This document shows, piece by piece, positions 23,047-32,948 of a stretch of DNA of 64,000 nt. Position 1 is the stretch's first letter. Every line of letters starts with the position of its first letter. The notes under the pieces are model-generated. The model ran no database searches and was not told the DNA's origin. It saw only the letters and a program-made list of their open reading frames with translations. The DNA is taken from positions 267,413 to 331,412 of the forward strand of contig JBDRYB010000001.1 of assembly GCA_039803205.1 (NCBI GenBank), given 5' to 3'. A program made the translations under genes and the position numbers. Source of the stretch: a candidate division WOR-3 bacterium. Lineage in GTDB: Bacteria; Hydrothermota; Hydrothermia; JBDRYB01.

Positions 23047-24228
23047 TCACCTCCTTTTTTCCGTTACCTTTATCTCCTCCGCGCACATGGGCAAAGGGCC
23101 ATCTATGCCGAAGAGGGCTCTCAGGGCCTCCTCGGCCGGATAAGAGCCCTTGAGCCTCGTGCTCTTCCTCGTCGTGTTGACAACAAGGGAGCTCACGGCA
23201 ACCGCTTGGATCCCATCATCAGCGAACCCAGCGAACCAATCGCACCTGCCGTATGGGTCTTGACCGGTGAGGGTCCCTGTCTTTCCACCGACCTTCACGC
23301 TCCCGAGGACAGCAGACCCATCTGAGGCGTAAAACGCCCTGTATGAGGTTCCTGAACTCACCGTTGCAAGCATGAGCTCCCTCATCTCCGAGGCCTCTCC
23401 AGGGCTCATGGCCACCCAAAGGGTCTCCGGCCTCGCGCGCCAAACCAGCTCGCCGTTCTTGCTCTTGACGCTGTCTATCAGGGATGGCCTCATCACAGCC
23501 CCTCCGTTTGCGACCCCGGAGCATATGAGCAGGGCGTGCATGGGGCTTATCGTGGAATTGACGAAGCCCGCTCCCATGAGCATGAGGCTATCAGTGTTCC
23601 TCGGTTTCTCAGCCTCCCCAAAACCAAGCTCCTCAGGCAGGCTGAACCTCGCCCCGTCAACCCTGAAGCCCAGGTCCCGCGCGGCCTCCAGGAGTGCCTC
23701 CCGGCCGACTTCCTTTGCAAGGACGCCGAAAGCAGGGTTGCAGGAGGCTCCAAAGGCCTCCGCGAATGTGGCTTTTGCCACATACTTGCTCTTTAGCCAG
23801 ACGCGAGGGCTCCTTGAGTGGGGCTTGCCCCTGTATGTGAGCGAATCATCCGGGCTGAGGCCCTTCTTTCTCATGGCCGCGAGGGCCGTGGCCATCTTGA
23901 AGAGGCTCGCGGCTGGGAATGTGTTTCTCAGCACGAGGTTCTTGTTCCACTGACTGGTTGGCTCAGACCTGCTGTAGGCCTGAAGCCCGAGGATCCTCCC
24001 CGTTGATGCCTCCATGAGGAGGATTACCGCGTAGCCGGGCCGCCAGTTATCGTATATCTCAAATGTCCTTGTCTGGACGCTTGGTTTCACGGAAAAATAA
24101 GCAACATCGCCGTTCTGAAGGGTATAGGTGTAGACCGAATCCCGGAGGGACGAGTTCTTGAAGAGCCAAAGCTGGGTTCTGAACGAGGAATAATCGGTTC
24201 CGGAGAGGAGAAACAGGGTTAAAACCAT
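23047..24228 (-). CDS. Penicillin-binding protein, transpeptidase domain
   Basis: SxxK (ASLFK), SxN (SCN), KTG (GGKTGT), WFAGFA. Confidence 0.9.
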   Translation of the reverse strand: MVLTLFLLSGTDYSSFRTQLWLFKNSSLRDSVYTYTLQNGDVAYFSVKPSVQTRTFEIYDNWRPGYAVILLMEASTGRILGLQAYSRSEPTSQWNKNLVLRNTFPAASLFKMATALAAMRKKGLSPDDSLTYRGKPHSRSPRVWLKSKYVAKATFAEAFGASCNPAFGVLAKEVGREALLEAARDLGFRVDGARFSLPEELGFGEAEKPRNTDSLMLMGAGFVNSTISPMHALLICSGVANGGAVMRPSLIDSVKSKNGELVWRARPETLWVAMSPGEASEMRELMLATVSSGTSYRAFYASDGSAVLGSVKVGGKTGTLTGQDPYGRCDWFAGFADDGIQAVAVSSLVVNTTRKSTRLKGSYPAEEALRALFGIDGPLPMCAEEIKVTEKRR

Positions 24229-24236
24229 GGCCGAAT

Positions 24237-24297
24237 ATCTTAAACCAGCGAGACCTGCGATTTCAATTTGAATGAGGCCCCCGGAGGGGTTTATAAT
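24237..24297. promoter_or_regulatory. Back-to-back divergent promoters
   Basis: Minus: TTGAAA (24266-24261)-N18-TAAGAT-N8-ATG 24228. Plus: TTGAAT (24268-24273)-N18-TATAAT (24292-24297). Confidence 0.6.
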
Positions 24298-24322
24298 TGA
24301 ACCTTAGCCATGGAGGTTTATT

Positions 24323-24601
24323 TTGAAAAACTGTCCAAGCTGCGGCGCTGAGAACCCTGATGAGTCAAGGTATTGCGTGAAGTGCGGAGCGCTTCTATCT
24401 AGCCCTGGAGAGACAAGCGGCCCGACCGGCGTCTCTGGCCCATACTCAGGTGAGGTGATAACCGGCGGGCCGCCGCCCGAGAAGAAGAGCAAGTGGTGGA
24501 TATGGCTGATAATAGGCATAGCCGCTTTCCTAATCATAGTAATAGGAATATGCTGTATAGTTGGCGGCGGATGCGCTATGCTCGGTTCTCTGGGGCAATA
24601 A
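24323..24601 (+). CDS. Zinc-ribbon domain membrane protein
   Basis: CPSCGAEN...CVKCG, Pro/Gly linker, C-terminal TM helix; SD GGAGG. Confidence 0.8.
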   Translation: MKNCPSCGAENPDESRYCVKCGALLSSPGETSGPTGVSGPYSGEVITGGPPPEKKSKWWIWLIIGIAAFLIIVIGICCIVGGGCAMLGSLGQ

Positions 24602-24620
24602 CACCTAACAAGGTAACAGC

Positions 24621-25683
24621 ATGGAGGAGCTGAGGAGAAGACTCTCTGAGCTGAGGGGGTTCCTTTGATACGGAGGCCCTCTCTGCTCGCGCTCGGGAGA
24701 TAGAGGCCCGGGCTGGCGAGCCGGGATTCTGGTCGGATCAAAAGGAGGCGAGGTCCCTGATGGCCGAGCTCTCTGGAATAAAGGAGAAGCTGGAGCTATT
24801 TAGCCGCCTTGAATCCGAGATAGAAACCATAGAGGAACTGTTGAGGGAGGACCCCTCCGGGGCCGATGAGCTCGCGGGCGAGATAGCGAGCATCCAAAAA
24901 AGCCTTGATGAGCTTGAGCTAAGGCTCGTTCTCTCGGATCCGGATGACATGAAGAACGCCATACTCACCATTCATCCAGGCGCTGGTGGCACAGAATCCC
25001 ACGACTGGGCGAAGATGCTCCTCAGGATGTATCTCATGTGGGCTGAGAGGGAGGGCTACGGGGTCAAAACGCTTGACTATCAGCCAGGTGAAGAGGCTGG
25101 CATAAAGGACGCCACCATACTGGTTGAGGGGCAATATGCCTACGGCTACCTGAAGGCTGAGCGGGGGGTTCATCGCCTCGTGAGGATAAGCCCTTTTGAT
25201 GCCTCGCACAGGCGCCATACCTCTTTCGCTTCCGTATTCGTTTATCCGGAAGCGGAGGAGATTGAGCTTGAGCTGAACATGAACGAGATAAGGATAGAGA
25301 CTTTCAGGGCATCCGGGCCAGGGGGCCAACACATGCAGAAGAACGATACTGCTGTCCGCGTTATACATGAGCCCAGTGGAATAGTGGTTTCATGCCAATC
25401 AGAGCGCTCCCAGCACCAGAACAAGCTGAACGCTCTCCGCATCCTCCGCGCCAAGCTATACGAGCGCGAGCGCGAGGCGAGGGAGGAGGCTCTCAGAGCC
25501 AAGACCGGAGAAAAACACGAGATAGGTTGGGGACACCAGATAAGGAGCTACATCCTGCATCCTTATCGCATGGTCAAGGACCACAGGACCGGCTACGAGA
25601 CAGGGAACGCGGACGCGGTGCTTGACGGAGATATAACCGAATTCATGAGGAAATACCTGCTTTCTACCGGGAGAAAGGGATGA
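24621..25683 (+). CDS. prfB: Peptide chain release factor 2 (programmed +1 frameshift)
   Basis: ATG 24621 MEELRRRLSELRGFL, then CTT TGA; the +1 frame continues DTEAL...PGFWSD into the 24760 ORF with SPF and GGQ motifs. Confidence 0.97.
24654..24669 (+). promoter_or_regulatory. RF2 autoregulatory frameshift cassette AGGGGG-TTC-CTT-TGA-T
   Basis: Internal SD 3 nt upstream of CTT TGA, the canonical prfB geometry. Confidence 0.95.
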
Positions 25684-26057
25684 AACTTCGGGTTATCTTT
25701 TTGGGGTTGGCCCTGGCGGGCTGTGAGCTTATCCCCTGGGGAAAGAGGGACATAAACCTCACCCCATCCGCGAGACAGACCCCTGGGTATCAGGAGGTCA
25801 CGGATTTCCTGAGGTATCTCAAGAAGGGAAAGGCCGAGAGGGCCGCGGAGCTCCTCTCAGAAGAAGCAAGGGGCCAGTGGAACATCAGGCTCGCGCTCAT
25901 TCCGGAAAGGGAAAGAAAGGAGTTCCTTCGGAGCATGAGAACCGATACATTCTCGGTTGATGAGGACATAAACCGTTTTATCGTAAAGGGTAAAAGTATA
26001 CCCCCGGCCAGGATAAAGGTTGTCAGGGAGCGGGGAAAGAGGAGGCTTGAGTTTTGA
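25680..26057 (+). CDS. Hypothetical lipoprotein
   Basis: MKLRVIFLGLALAGC lipobox; ATGA overlap with prfB. Confidence 0.7.
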   Translation: MKLRVIFLGLALAGCELIPWGKRDINLTPSARQTPGYQEVTDFLRYLKKGKAERAAELLSEEARGQWNIRLALIPERERKEFLRSMRTDTFSVDEDINRFIVKGKSIPPARIKVVRERGKRRLEF

Positions 26058-26866
26058 CCGCGATAGCCCTTTTTTCAGCCGTGAGGATCATCACTCTCAG
26101 CTACGGGCTTGACCTTCGCCCTGATGCCCTAGCTGAGGAAGGGGATAGGAGATTCTGGCTCTCAGAACAGAGTCCGCATGATAACGATTCGCTTTTCGGA
26201 AGGCTTTCAAAGAGGGACAGGGAGAGATTGCTCAATCACATCAGGTTTCCCGGCGACCGGGAGGCGCTCTTCGGAAAAGAGGCTCTAGTCGGGCTCGCCA
26301 TTGCTGATCACGAGCTCACCAACTGGTCAGGCCTGAAAAGCCTCAGGGAAAACCTTCCCCCAGGAGCCGAAGCCATCCTCTCAGCGCCCCAGAAGGACCA
26401 AGAGGCCGAAAACGCGAGAAAGGCCTGCCTCGTGTGGGCGTATTCCGCGGCCTTGGCGGACTACCTCGCAAAGAGGCTCCCGGAGGCCAAAATGGGGGAT
26501 GAGGCCGCGAGCTTCCTCTCGGATGTCATCCTATCAGGCCCCCTGTCCCTCAAACCGGATGACGCTTTCTCGGTCATAGAAACGATCATCAAGGAATCCC
26601 CGGGGAACAAGCCGCTGAAGTCAGCCCTGAGCGTATACAGGAAGACCTGCTCCCTCAGATTTCAAGCCTCCCTCAGAGACTACTACGCTCTCGTTGAGAA
26701 AACCACCGGAAGGGTTCGGGAGCTTTACCTCAAAGGGGTTGAGGCCTACGCGAACGAGGACTACAGGACAGCGCTTTTCTACTGGAGGGAGGTCCTTAAG
26801 CTTGACCCGGATCACGAGGAGGCAAAGAGGGGCGCTGAGAAAGCGGAGAGGATGCTGGGCAAGTAG
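26054..26866 (+). CDS. Hypothetical protein with C-terminal TPR
   Basis: LYLKGVEAYANEDYRTALFYWREVLKLDPDHEEA; TTGA overlap with the upstream gene. Confidence 0.7.
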   Translation: MTAIALFSAVRIITLSYGLDLRPDALAEEGDRRFWLSEQSPHDNDSLFGRLSKRDRERLLNHIRFPGDREALFGKEALVGLAIADHELTNWSGLKSLRENLPPGAEAILSAPQKDQEAENARKACLVWAYSAALADYLAKRLPEAKMGDEAASFLSDVILSGPLSLKPDDAFSVIETIIKESPGNKPLKSALSVYRKTCSLRFQASLRDYYALVEKTTGRVRELYLKGVEAYANEDYRTALFYWREVLKLDPDHEEAKRGAEKAERMLGK

Positions 26867-26888
26867 GCTCTCGTCTCGCCCTTGAAGA

Positions 26889-27533
26889 CTATTCCTCTCT
26901 CTCCTCCAGGGCCTCAGCGAGCTTCAGGCGCCACTGGGTAAGGGCCCTAACCCGAGCGAACGGGGATAGCCTATCTATTATTAGAACGCCGTTGAGGTGA
27001 TCTATCTCGTGGCAGAGCGCCCTCGCGAAGAGGCCCTTTGCCTCTATCTCCACGGGCAAAGTCCTGTCGCGGATCAGGCGCTGAGCCGATACCACAACCC
27101 TCTCCGGCCTGGTCAGATTAACATATAGCCCAGGAAAGGAAAGGCACCCTTCCTCATCGGTTATCTCGCCCTCCTCCTCCGCGATCTCGGGGTTGATAAG
27201 AACGAGGGTTTTCCCATCAGCGAGCAATCCCTCATCCTTCTCCTCAAAACCCTCAAGGTTAAGGACAGCAATGGCCAAGGCCTCCCCCACCTGCTGAGCC
27301 GCCAGCCCAAGTCCATCAGCCTCGGCGAGGATCCTCTCCATGTCCTCCACGAGAGAGAGAAGCGAAGGGTTCAGCTCCGAGACCTTTTTCGCTGGCGTCT
27401 TCAGAATTGGGTCGCCGTAGTATCTGATCCTCCGATGAGGCTTGGTTTCAGGAGAGCGTTTTGTCCCTGCCCCCTTCTCTTCCTTTGGGTCAGAACCTAT
27501 TGCTGTTCGCCGTGAAGCCTTGACACGGCCCAT
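26889..27533 (-). CDS. def: Peptide deformylase (start uncertain)
   Basis: GLGLAAQQVG, EGCLSFPG, HEIDHLNG. Confidence 0.95.
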   Translation of the reverse strand: MGRVKASRRTAIGSDPKEEKGAGTKRSPETKPHRRIRYYGDPILKTPAKKVSELNPSLLSLVEDMERILAEADGLGLAAQQVGEALAIAVLNLEGFEEKDEGLLADGKTLVLINPEIAEEEGEITDEEGCLSFPGLYVNLTRPERVVVSAQRLIRDRTLPVEIEAKGLFARALCHEIDHLNGVLIIDRLSPFARVRALTQWRLKLAEALEEREE

Positions 27534-27820
27534 TTCTCTATCCTCAGGGTCGTCCCCTCAGAGACCTTTAGGGTCACCACATCGCCGTCTATCTTCTTTA
27601 TCACGCCTATAAGGCCTCCTGCTGTTGTTATGGTGTCCCCTTCTTTCAAGGAATCAAGCATCTTCTGACGCTTCTTCTTTTCCTTTGACTGCGGGAGTAT
27701 GATGAAGAAGTAGAAGACTGCTAAGAGGATTATGAAGGGCAGTATGAGGGAGAGGAGGCCGCCCGCGCCGCCCCCGGTCGGCTGTTGCTGTTGGGCTAAA
27801 AGGATTTCTGTGAGGTTCAT
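27497..27820 (-). CDS. yajC: Preprotein translocase subunit YajC
   Basis: FYFFIILPQ...LKEGDTITTAGGLIG. Confidence 0.95.
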   Translation of the reverse strand: MNLTEILLAQQQQPTGGGAGGLLSLILPFIILLAVFYFFIILPQSKEKKKRQKMLDSLKEGDTITTAGGLIGVIKKIDGDVVTLKVSEGTTLRIEKWAVSRLHGEQQ

Positions 27821-29307
27821 CTTTTGTCTCCTGTGTGATGGGCCACGCTGAGCTTCTCAATCTGGGTGAGGCTGGCCCTCAGCGTGGAGAGATAAGACTG
27901 GGTTCCGGTCACCAAGAACCCTATAGCGTAAAGGCCCACGAATGGAAGGAGTATGATCTGCGCGCTAACCATGCAGTATATATATGTCGCGAGCATGTAT
28001 ATCCCAAGAAGCATCTCCACGATAGCCTGGCCCTTGCGCTCAGCGAGCCTGTAGATGCTGGCCGCATTGGTCCCCCATTTTGGCGTCCTGGCGAAAACGC
28101 CCCCGTTCCTGAAAAGCCCGTCTATGGCCGCTCGGGCATTGTTGAGGGAGATGCCCATGGCCACTGACATGAGAAACGGGATGAGCCAAGCCCTCCTAGT
28201 CCAGTCAGGATAGGTGTCACGAAGCGCGTTGAGATACAGGACCGGGAATCCGAAGGCACCGATTATGAAGAACCCCGCTATGGCAAAATACCAGCTGTAT
28301 GCGGAGGATGTGGTCTTTATTATGAGCATGGGAAGGGTCAGGACAGCGAGGGTAAGCATGGCAGGATAAGCGAGGTTCCCCGCGAGATGGAAAAAAGCCT
28401 CTGTCTTGACCTTGAGGGGAAGCCCAGCGGAAAGCACCCTCGGAAGTATCTTGCGCATGGTCTGAACGCCGCCCTTTGTCCATCTCCTCTGCTGGGATTT
28501 GAACGCGTTAACATCCAGAGGCAATTCTGATGGGCAAACCACATCTGGGAGGTAAAGTATTCTGTAGCCGGCCAACTGGGCCCTGTATGAAAGGTCAGCG
28601 TCCTCAGTGATGGTATCCGATTCCCATCCTCCTGCTTTCCTTATGGCTTCAGCCCTCCAAACGCCCCCTGTTCCGTTGAATATCATGAAAAGTCCCTCCC
28701 TGCTCCTCACGAACTGCTCAACAACGAAGTGGCCATCCAGGATGACGGCCTGGAGCATGGCAAAGGGAGAGGAGGTGTCGTTTATGTAGCCCCAGCGGGT
28801 CTGAACAGCGCCTATCTCTGGGTCCTGAAAGTGCGGGATGGTCTTCTTGAGAAACTCTTTTGGCGGTATGAAGTCAGCGTCAAATACCGCGAAAAACTCA
28901 GCGTTCGAGAGGGAAAACCCGTGTCTCAAGGCACCAGCCTTGTATCCCTCCCTCGATCCCCTCCGGATGTGCTTTATGTTTATGCCCTCTGCCGCCAGCT
29001 CCGAGACAACGCTAGCAACGAGTTCAGAGGTCTCATCGTCCGAATCGTCAAGAACCTGTATCTCCAACCTATCGGCTGGGTAATCAAGAGCGGCCGCGGC
29101 CCTGATAACCCGCTCGGCCACCGAATACTCGTTATACATGGGCAATTGAACGCAAACAAGAGGCCACTCTCCCAGCTGGGGAGGGGTCTTCGTGCGCCAG
29201 GTGCCCCTGTGCTTCCTGTAGAGATAATAGAGCCAGAAGGCTCTCAGTGAAAACGCCAACAGAAAGCTCAGAACAACTATGTAGACAAACAGGACAACCT
29301 CGCTCAC
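27817..29307 (-). CDS. Processive-type GT2 glycosyltransferase (cellulose synthase-like)
   Basis: VQLPMYNE, LDDS, GYKAGAL, FDADF, TED, QQRRW; several TM helices. Confidence 0.9.
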   Translation of the reverse strand: MSEVVLFVYIVVLSFLLAFSLRAFWLYYLYRKHRGTWRTKTPPQLGEWPLVCVQLPMYNEYSVAERVIRAAAALDYPADRLEIQVLDDSDDETSELVASVVSELAAEGINIKHIRRGSREGYKAGALRHGFSLSNAEFFAVFDADFIPPKEFLKKTIPHFQDPEIGAVQTRWGYINDTSSPFAMLQAVILDGHFVVEQFVRSREGLFMIFNGTGGVWRAEAIRKAGGWESDTITEDADLSYRAQLAGYRILYLPDVVCPSELPLDVNAFKSQQRRWTKGGVQTMRKILPRVLSAGLPLKVKTEAFFHLAGNLAYPAMLTLAVLTLPMLIIKTTSSAYSWYFAIAGFFIIGAFGFPVLYLNALRDTYPDWTRRAWLIPFLMSVAMGISLNNARAAIDGLFRNGGVFARTPKWGTNAASIYRLAERKGQAIVEMLLGIYMLATYIYCMVSAQIILLPFVGLYAIGFLVTGTQSYLSTLRASLTQIEKLSVAHHTGDKR

Positions 29308-29376
29308 GACGCGTTCCTTCTAGCTCAGAGCCAAATTATAAGGCTCAGGCATGGCCTTGTGCCACATGATCTCGGT

Positions 29377-30690
29377 CTACCTCGCCGCCTCCTTTGTCGG
29401 TGCTGGCATGGTGAAAAGCGAGAGGCTCAGCGAGCCGGAGTGAGGCGCTGGATAGACCCCATCAGTTATGATTATCTCCTCAACGGTCCCAACCCCAAAG
29501 AAAGGAGCGGCCAGATGTTTCCGAAGGAGCTCGTTCTCCTTCGCGTATCCCTCGGCCAGAAGCCCTATCCTGATCACGCTCTCGTTGACCATAGCCCCCA
29601 TCACCTTCGCTCCCCTGGTTCTTATCAGGGCCTCCTTTACCCCACGGTCAACGGATTCCAGCATTTCCTCCTCAGAGGCCTCCATGAACCAAACCGTTGA
29701 GCCCTCCTCAACTATGGCGTTTGTTCTCAGGCCGCCCTTCTCAAGGGAAAGGGGAAGGAAGGCTCGGAACTTCCCAGGGAACTCAGGGTGAGCGATGGCG
29801 AGCTGATACCGGGGCAGAACCTCATCCGCGTATGTTGGGTTTGAGAGCTCGGAGACATTTATCCCCCTCTTTCCAAGGACCTCTCTGAGAGCCCAATCAA
29901 CGGGTTGATCGTCCAGCTCCTTTATCAAGTTGCCCTTGGCTAGGGTCACCTTGAGGGGGCATATCGGGTGGAAGCCGTGGCCCATGCCCATGGACAGAGG
30001 GGTCTTTGAGAATACCGCTATCGCTATAAGGTGATCCGAATAAGTATCGCCCTCCCAGAAGACCGAGACAAACCCCGGCTCATTGACCTTGCCCAGGATA
30101 CCAGCGGATATGACCTCAAATGTGTCAGATAGCCTAGAGAGCTCTGAGAAGAGTGCCTCGCCAACGAGAGGATATGAATTTGGGGCTATGATGTAGAGGC
30201 CAGCGTGCTCGTATCCATCAGCCCTGGCCTGAGCCTCGGCCTCGGATATCTTCCCGAGGGCCCCTGAAAGGGCCTTATCGGTTGACGAGACAAAACCTCC
30301 CCCGATGCCGAGCGCGAACCTGTTCTCCTCAAAAGAGAATGCCGCGACAAGAACCCCGCGCCCAGCAACCACATCCTCGTTGAAAAGACCTCCGGGGGCC
30401 TCCGCACCCACTATGGGCGCTGGCATGACCTGGGCAACGCCTGAAAGCACGGTCTTATAATCGTATGCCCCTCCGATAAAACACAGGATGAGGCTTGGAT
30501 TTTTCCCGCCTATCTTTTCCTGGGCCTCTCGCGCGGCCTCAACGCCAGCGAGAAAGGGCTTTTCCGCGGCTGAATAGCCTGTCCCGAGCCACCTCTCAAG
30601 TCCGGCCTCGGTCTCCGCCTTAATCCTGCGCTCCCTTGCCTCAGCAGGGCCTCTTTCTAGCTTCTTCCAAAAACTGTCACTGAGAAAAAT
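29377..30690 (-). CDS. FIST signal-transduction domain protein (probable ATT start)
   Basis: The frame is open from 30711 with no ATG/GTG/TTG until 30450. The FIST_N start LGTGYS...AGVEAAREA...PSLILCF lies upstream of 30450. HGFHP, VTLAKGNLIKELDD, FFGVGTVEE. SD AAAGGAGGTGA precedes ATC/ATT. Confidence 0.8.
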   Translation of the reverse strand: MFLSDSFWKKLERGPAEARERRIKAETEAGLERWLGTGYSAAEKPFLAGVEAAREAQEKIGGKNPSLILCFIGGAYDYKTVLSGVAQVMPAPIVGAEAPGGLFNEDVVAGRGVLVAAFSFEENRFALGIGGGFVSSTDKALSGALGKISEAEAQARADGYEHAGLYIIAPNSYPLVGEALFSELSRLSDTFEVISAGILGKVNEPGFVSVFWEGDTYSDHLIAIAVFSKTPLSMGMGHGFHPICPLKVTLAKGNLIKELDDQPVDWALREVLGKRGINVSELSNPTYADEVLPRYQLAIAHPEFPGKFRAFLPLSLEKGGLRTNAIVEEGSTVWFMEASEEEMLESVDRGVKEALIRTRGAKVMGAMVNESVIRIGLLAEGYAKENELLRKHLAAPFFGVGTVEEIIITDGVYPAPHSGSLSLSLFTMPAPTKEAAR

Positions 30691-30786
30691 GATCTCACCT
30701 CCTTTCGGGCCTCAAATGATAAACCTTTCGTGGGGCCCCGCGCAAATAGAACCTCTTTCTGGCATCGGCCGATCAGCATTAGAAAC

Positions 30787-31446
30787 TCATACGAGCGGCG
30801 GATAACCCGGAAGGTCATGGAGAGGGCAATCCTCACAAAGGGGCCCCCTTCTCCTGCACCTGGTTTTTCCGAGGCGAACAAATAGCGCGTGAAACTCGTT
30901 GAAGATCTGCGGTTCGCGGGGCAGGTTGTCGTGAAATAGGGACTGGACCGCTTCATAATCAGCATCCGGCCCAACTATATCGTGCCTGGCGAGAACCCTC
31001 ATAGTGTAGGCATCCACAACGAAAACGGGCCGGCCCAGGGCATATAACAGTATGCTGTCCGCGGTCTCAGGCCCTATTCCGCGAACCGAAAGCAAGGACT
31101 CCCTGAGAGCACTGGTTTCCACTTGCTCCATTCCCTCAAATCCGCCTATCTCCTTGAACCAAATGAGGAAATCCCTTATTTTTCGTGCCTTCTGATTGAA
31201 ATAGCCGGCTGGCCTCACCAGGGCGGCCAGGTCCTCGTGATCCATTTCAAGAAGCGAATCCGGGTCAAAAACACCTCTTTTTTTCAGGTTTTCTATCGCC
31301 CTTTCAACATTCGCCCAGGAGGTATTCTGGGTGAGTATCGCGCCTATGCATACCTCAAACGGCGTATCGCCCGGCCACCAATGCTGGGGACCATACGCGG
31401 AGAAAAGCCTCTGGAAGATCTGGGTCAAAACCTCACTCGTGCTCAT
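30787..31446 (-). CDS. Endonuclease III-related HhH-GPD protein
   Basis: YGPQHWWP, GAILTQNTSW, GIGPETADSILLYA, VVDAYT, Cys cluster at the C-terminus. Confidence 0.9.
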   Translation of the reverse strand: MSTSEVLTQIFQRLFSAYGPQHWWPGDTPFEVCIGAILTQNTSWANVERAIENLKKRGVFDPDSLLEMDHEDLAALVRPAGYFNQKARKIRDFLIWFKEIGGFEGMEQVETSALRESLLSVRGIGPETADSILLYALGRPVFVVDAYTMRVLARHDIVGPDADYEAVQSLFHDNLPREPQIFNEFHALFVRLGKTRCRRRGPLCEDCPLHDLPGYPPLV

Positions 31447-32809
31447 GCCCTCTCATCCTTCCGACAACCCAAAGGAGCTTTTCCTTGCTCGTGAGCGCCG
31501 CTACCCAAAGGAAAGCGAGGACCTCCCTCGGAACAACCCTCGCTGACGCCCTCTTCGGCTCAGCGAAGCGTGGCATGAAAGCGAGAACAAAAAGCCTCAT
31601 GATGCCCGTTGCCACGAATAGAGCGGTGAAGTTGTTTATCAGGACGCCGTATCCCTGAAAATGTAGCCCGGCAAGGACTACCGTCAGCCACGACCCCAGA
31701 AGGCTCGTCAGGAAAGCGGCGAGGCCAGTCGCAAATGAATAAATGGCAACAGCGGAATCCCCGGATTCGCCCCTGTTCTCCATGAGGAGATAAAGAGCGG
31801 CAAGGTTGACGCCCGGCCAAAAACCGCCCGATAGGGCCGCGTCAATCCAGATGGGTATGAGGTTTGTTCGGGAGGCAAAGGGCCATAGGAGTGGGGTTAT
31901 CACAACCCCGAGGGAGCAGAACTTGAGAACCGCCCTCGCTCCAACCCTGTCAATGATCCAGCCCCAGAGGAAATGGGAGAAAAACACGCAGACTCCTGCT
32001 ATTGATGAATATAGGGCAACCTGGGTGTATGTCATTCCCAGGTTTTTGAACATGTGAGCGCCCCAGAAGGGCGAGGAAAGCCCGTTCACGAAGCCCCATA
32101 TGACGAAGTAAAGGAGAAAAACCCTGTAATCCTTGTTGGCAAAGGGCCTGAGGAGGGCCGAGGACGCGCGGCCGAACCCCTTCGCGGTCGGCCTCTTTCC
32201 CTCGTAGTGAAAGAAGAAGAGCACCAGCGAAACCAAGGCCAATGCGAACGCGAGCACGAAAAGTATGGCGTATCCCTGATACTCTGAGTTCGCTCTCCGG
32301 TAGTGGTCCAAGAAGAGGCCAGCACCCAAAGAACCAGCCAAACCAACAGCCGAGAGAAGCCCGGATCGCTTCCCGAAATATCTCCCCCTTATCTCGGCCG
32401 GAACCAGGTCAGTGAACCAAGCGAGCCACGCGTTACCGCTCATAGAGCCCGCGGCCAGCGATATTCCAACCAGGAAAACGAATAACCAAGCCTTATCAGA
32501 CGAACCCACGGCTATCATGGGAATAGCTGGCGCTAGAACCCAGATTGACCTTGAGATAAAGCCCGTCCAAACGGTCGTCCACTTGCGCTGGCCAGTTGCC
32601 TCAACCAGGTAGGCTGAGAGGAAACCAAAAAGGGTTGCCAGAAACGAGAAGGCCCCGAGTATCCCTATCTGGAAATCAGAAGCCCCCAACATCAACGCGA
32701 ATGCGATGGGATAAAGCCCTATGGTATATGAGTTGTGAACCGCGACCGCGGCGCCCTCAAAATAGGAGAGGAGTAGGGTTCTCTTAACAGGACGGGAGAT
32801 CTCTGTCAA
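31433..32809 (-). CDS. MFS transporter
   Basis: About 12 TM helices, DLVPAEIRGRYFG, WGWIIDRVGAR. Confidence 0.88.
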   Translation of the reverse strand: MTEISRPVKRTLLLSYFEGAAVAVHNSYTIGLYPIAFALMLGASDFQIGILGAFSFLATLFGFLSAYLVEATGQRKWTTVWTGFISRSIWVLAPAIPMIAVGSSDKAWLFVFLVGISLAAGSMSGNAWLAWFTDLVPAEIRGRYFGKRSGLLSAVGLAGSLGAGLFLDHYRRANSEYQGYAILFVLAFALALVSLVLFFFHYEGKRPTAKGFGRASSALLRPFANKDYRVFLLYFVIWGFVNGLSSPFWGAHMFKNLGMTYTQVALYSSIAGVCVFFSHFLWGWIIDRVGARAVLKFCSLGVVITPLLWPFASRTNLIPIWIDAALSGGFWPGVNLAALYLLMENRGESGDSAVAIYSFATGLAAFLTSLLGSWLTVVLAGLHFQGYGVLINNFTALFVATGIMRLFVLAFMPRFAEPKRASARVVPREVLAFLWVAALTSKEKLLWVVGRMRGHEHE

Positions 32810-32948
32810 GGCTGAAAATTATAACGAAGGGGTGGCTCGCGGTTCCTCAAATGGCCCCTAATGTGCCCGGAAATCCGGACGGATCTGAGCGAACGCGCGG
32901 CCTTGAAACTTCTCCATAATTTGCATTATCCTTTTGGCCGGAGGTAAG

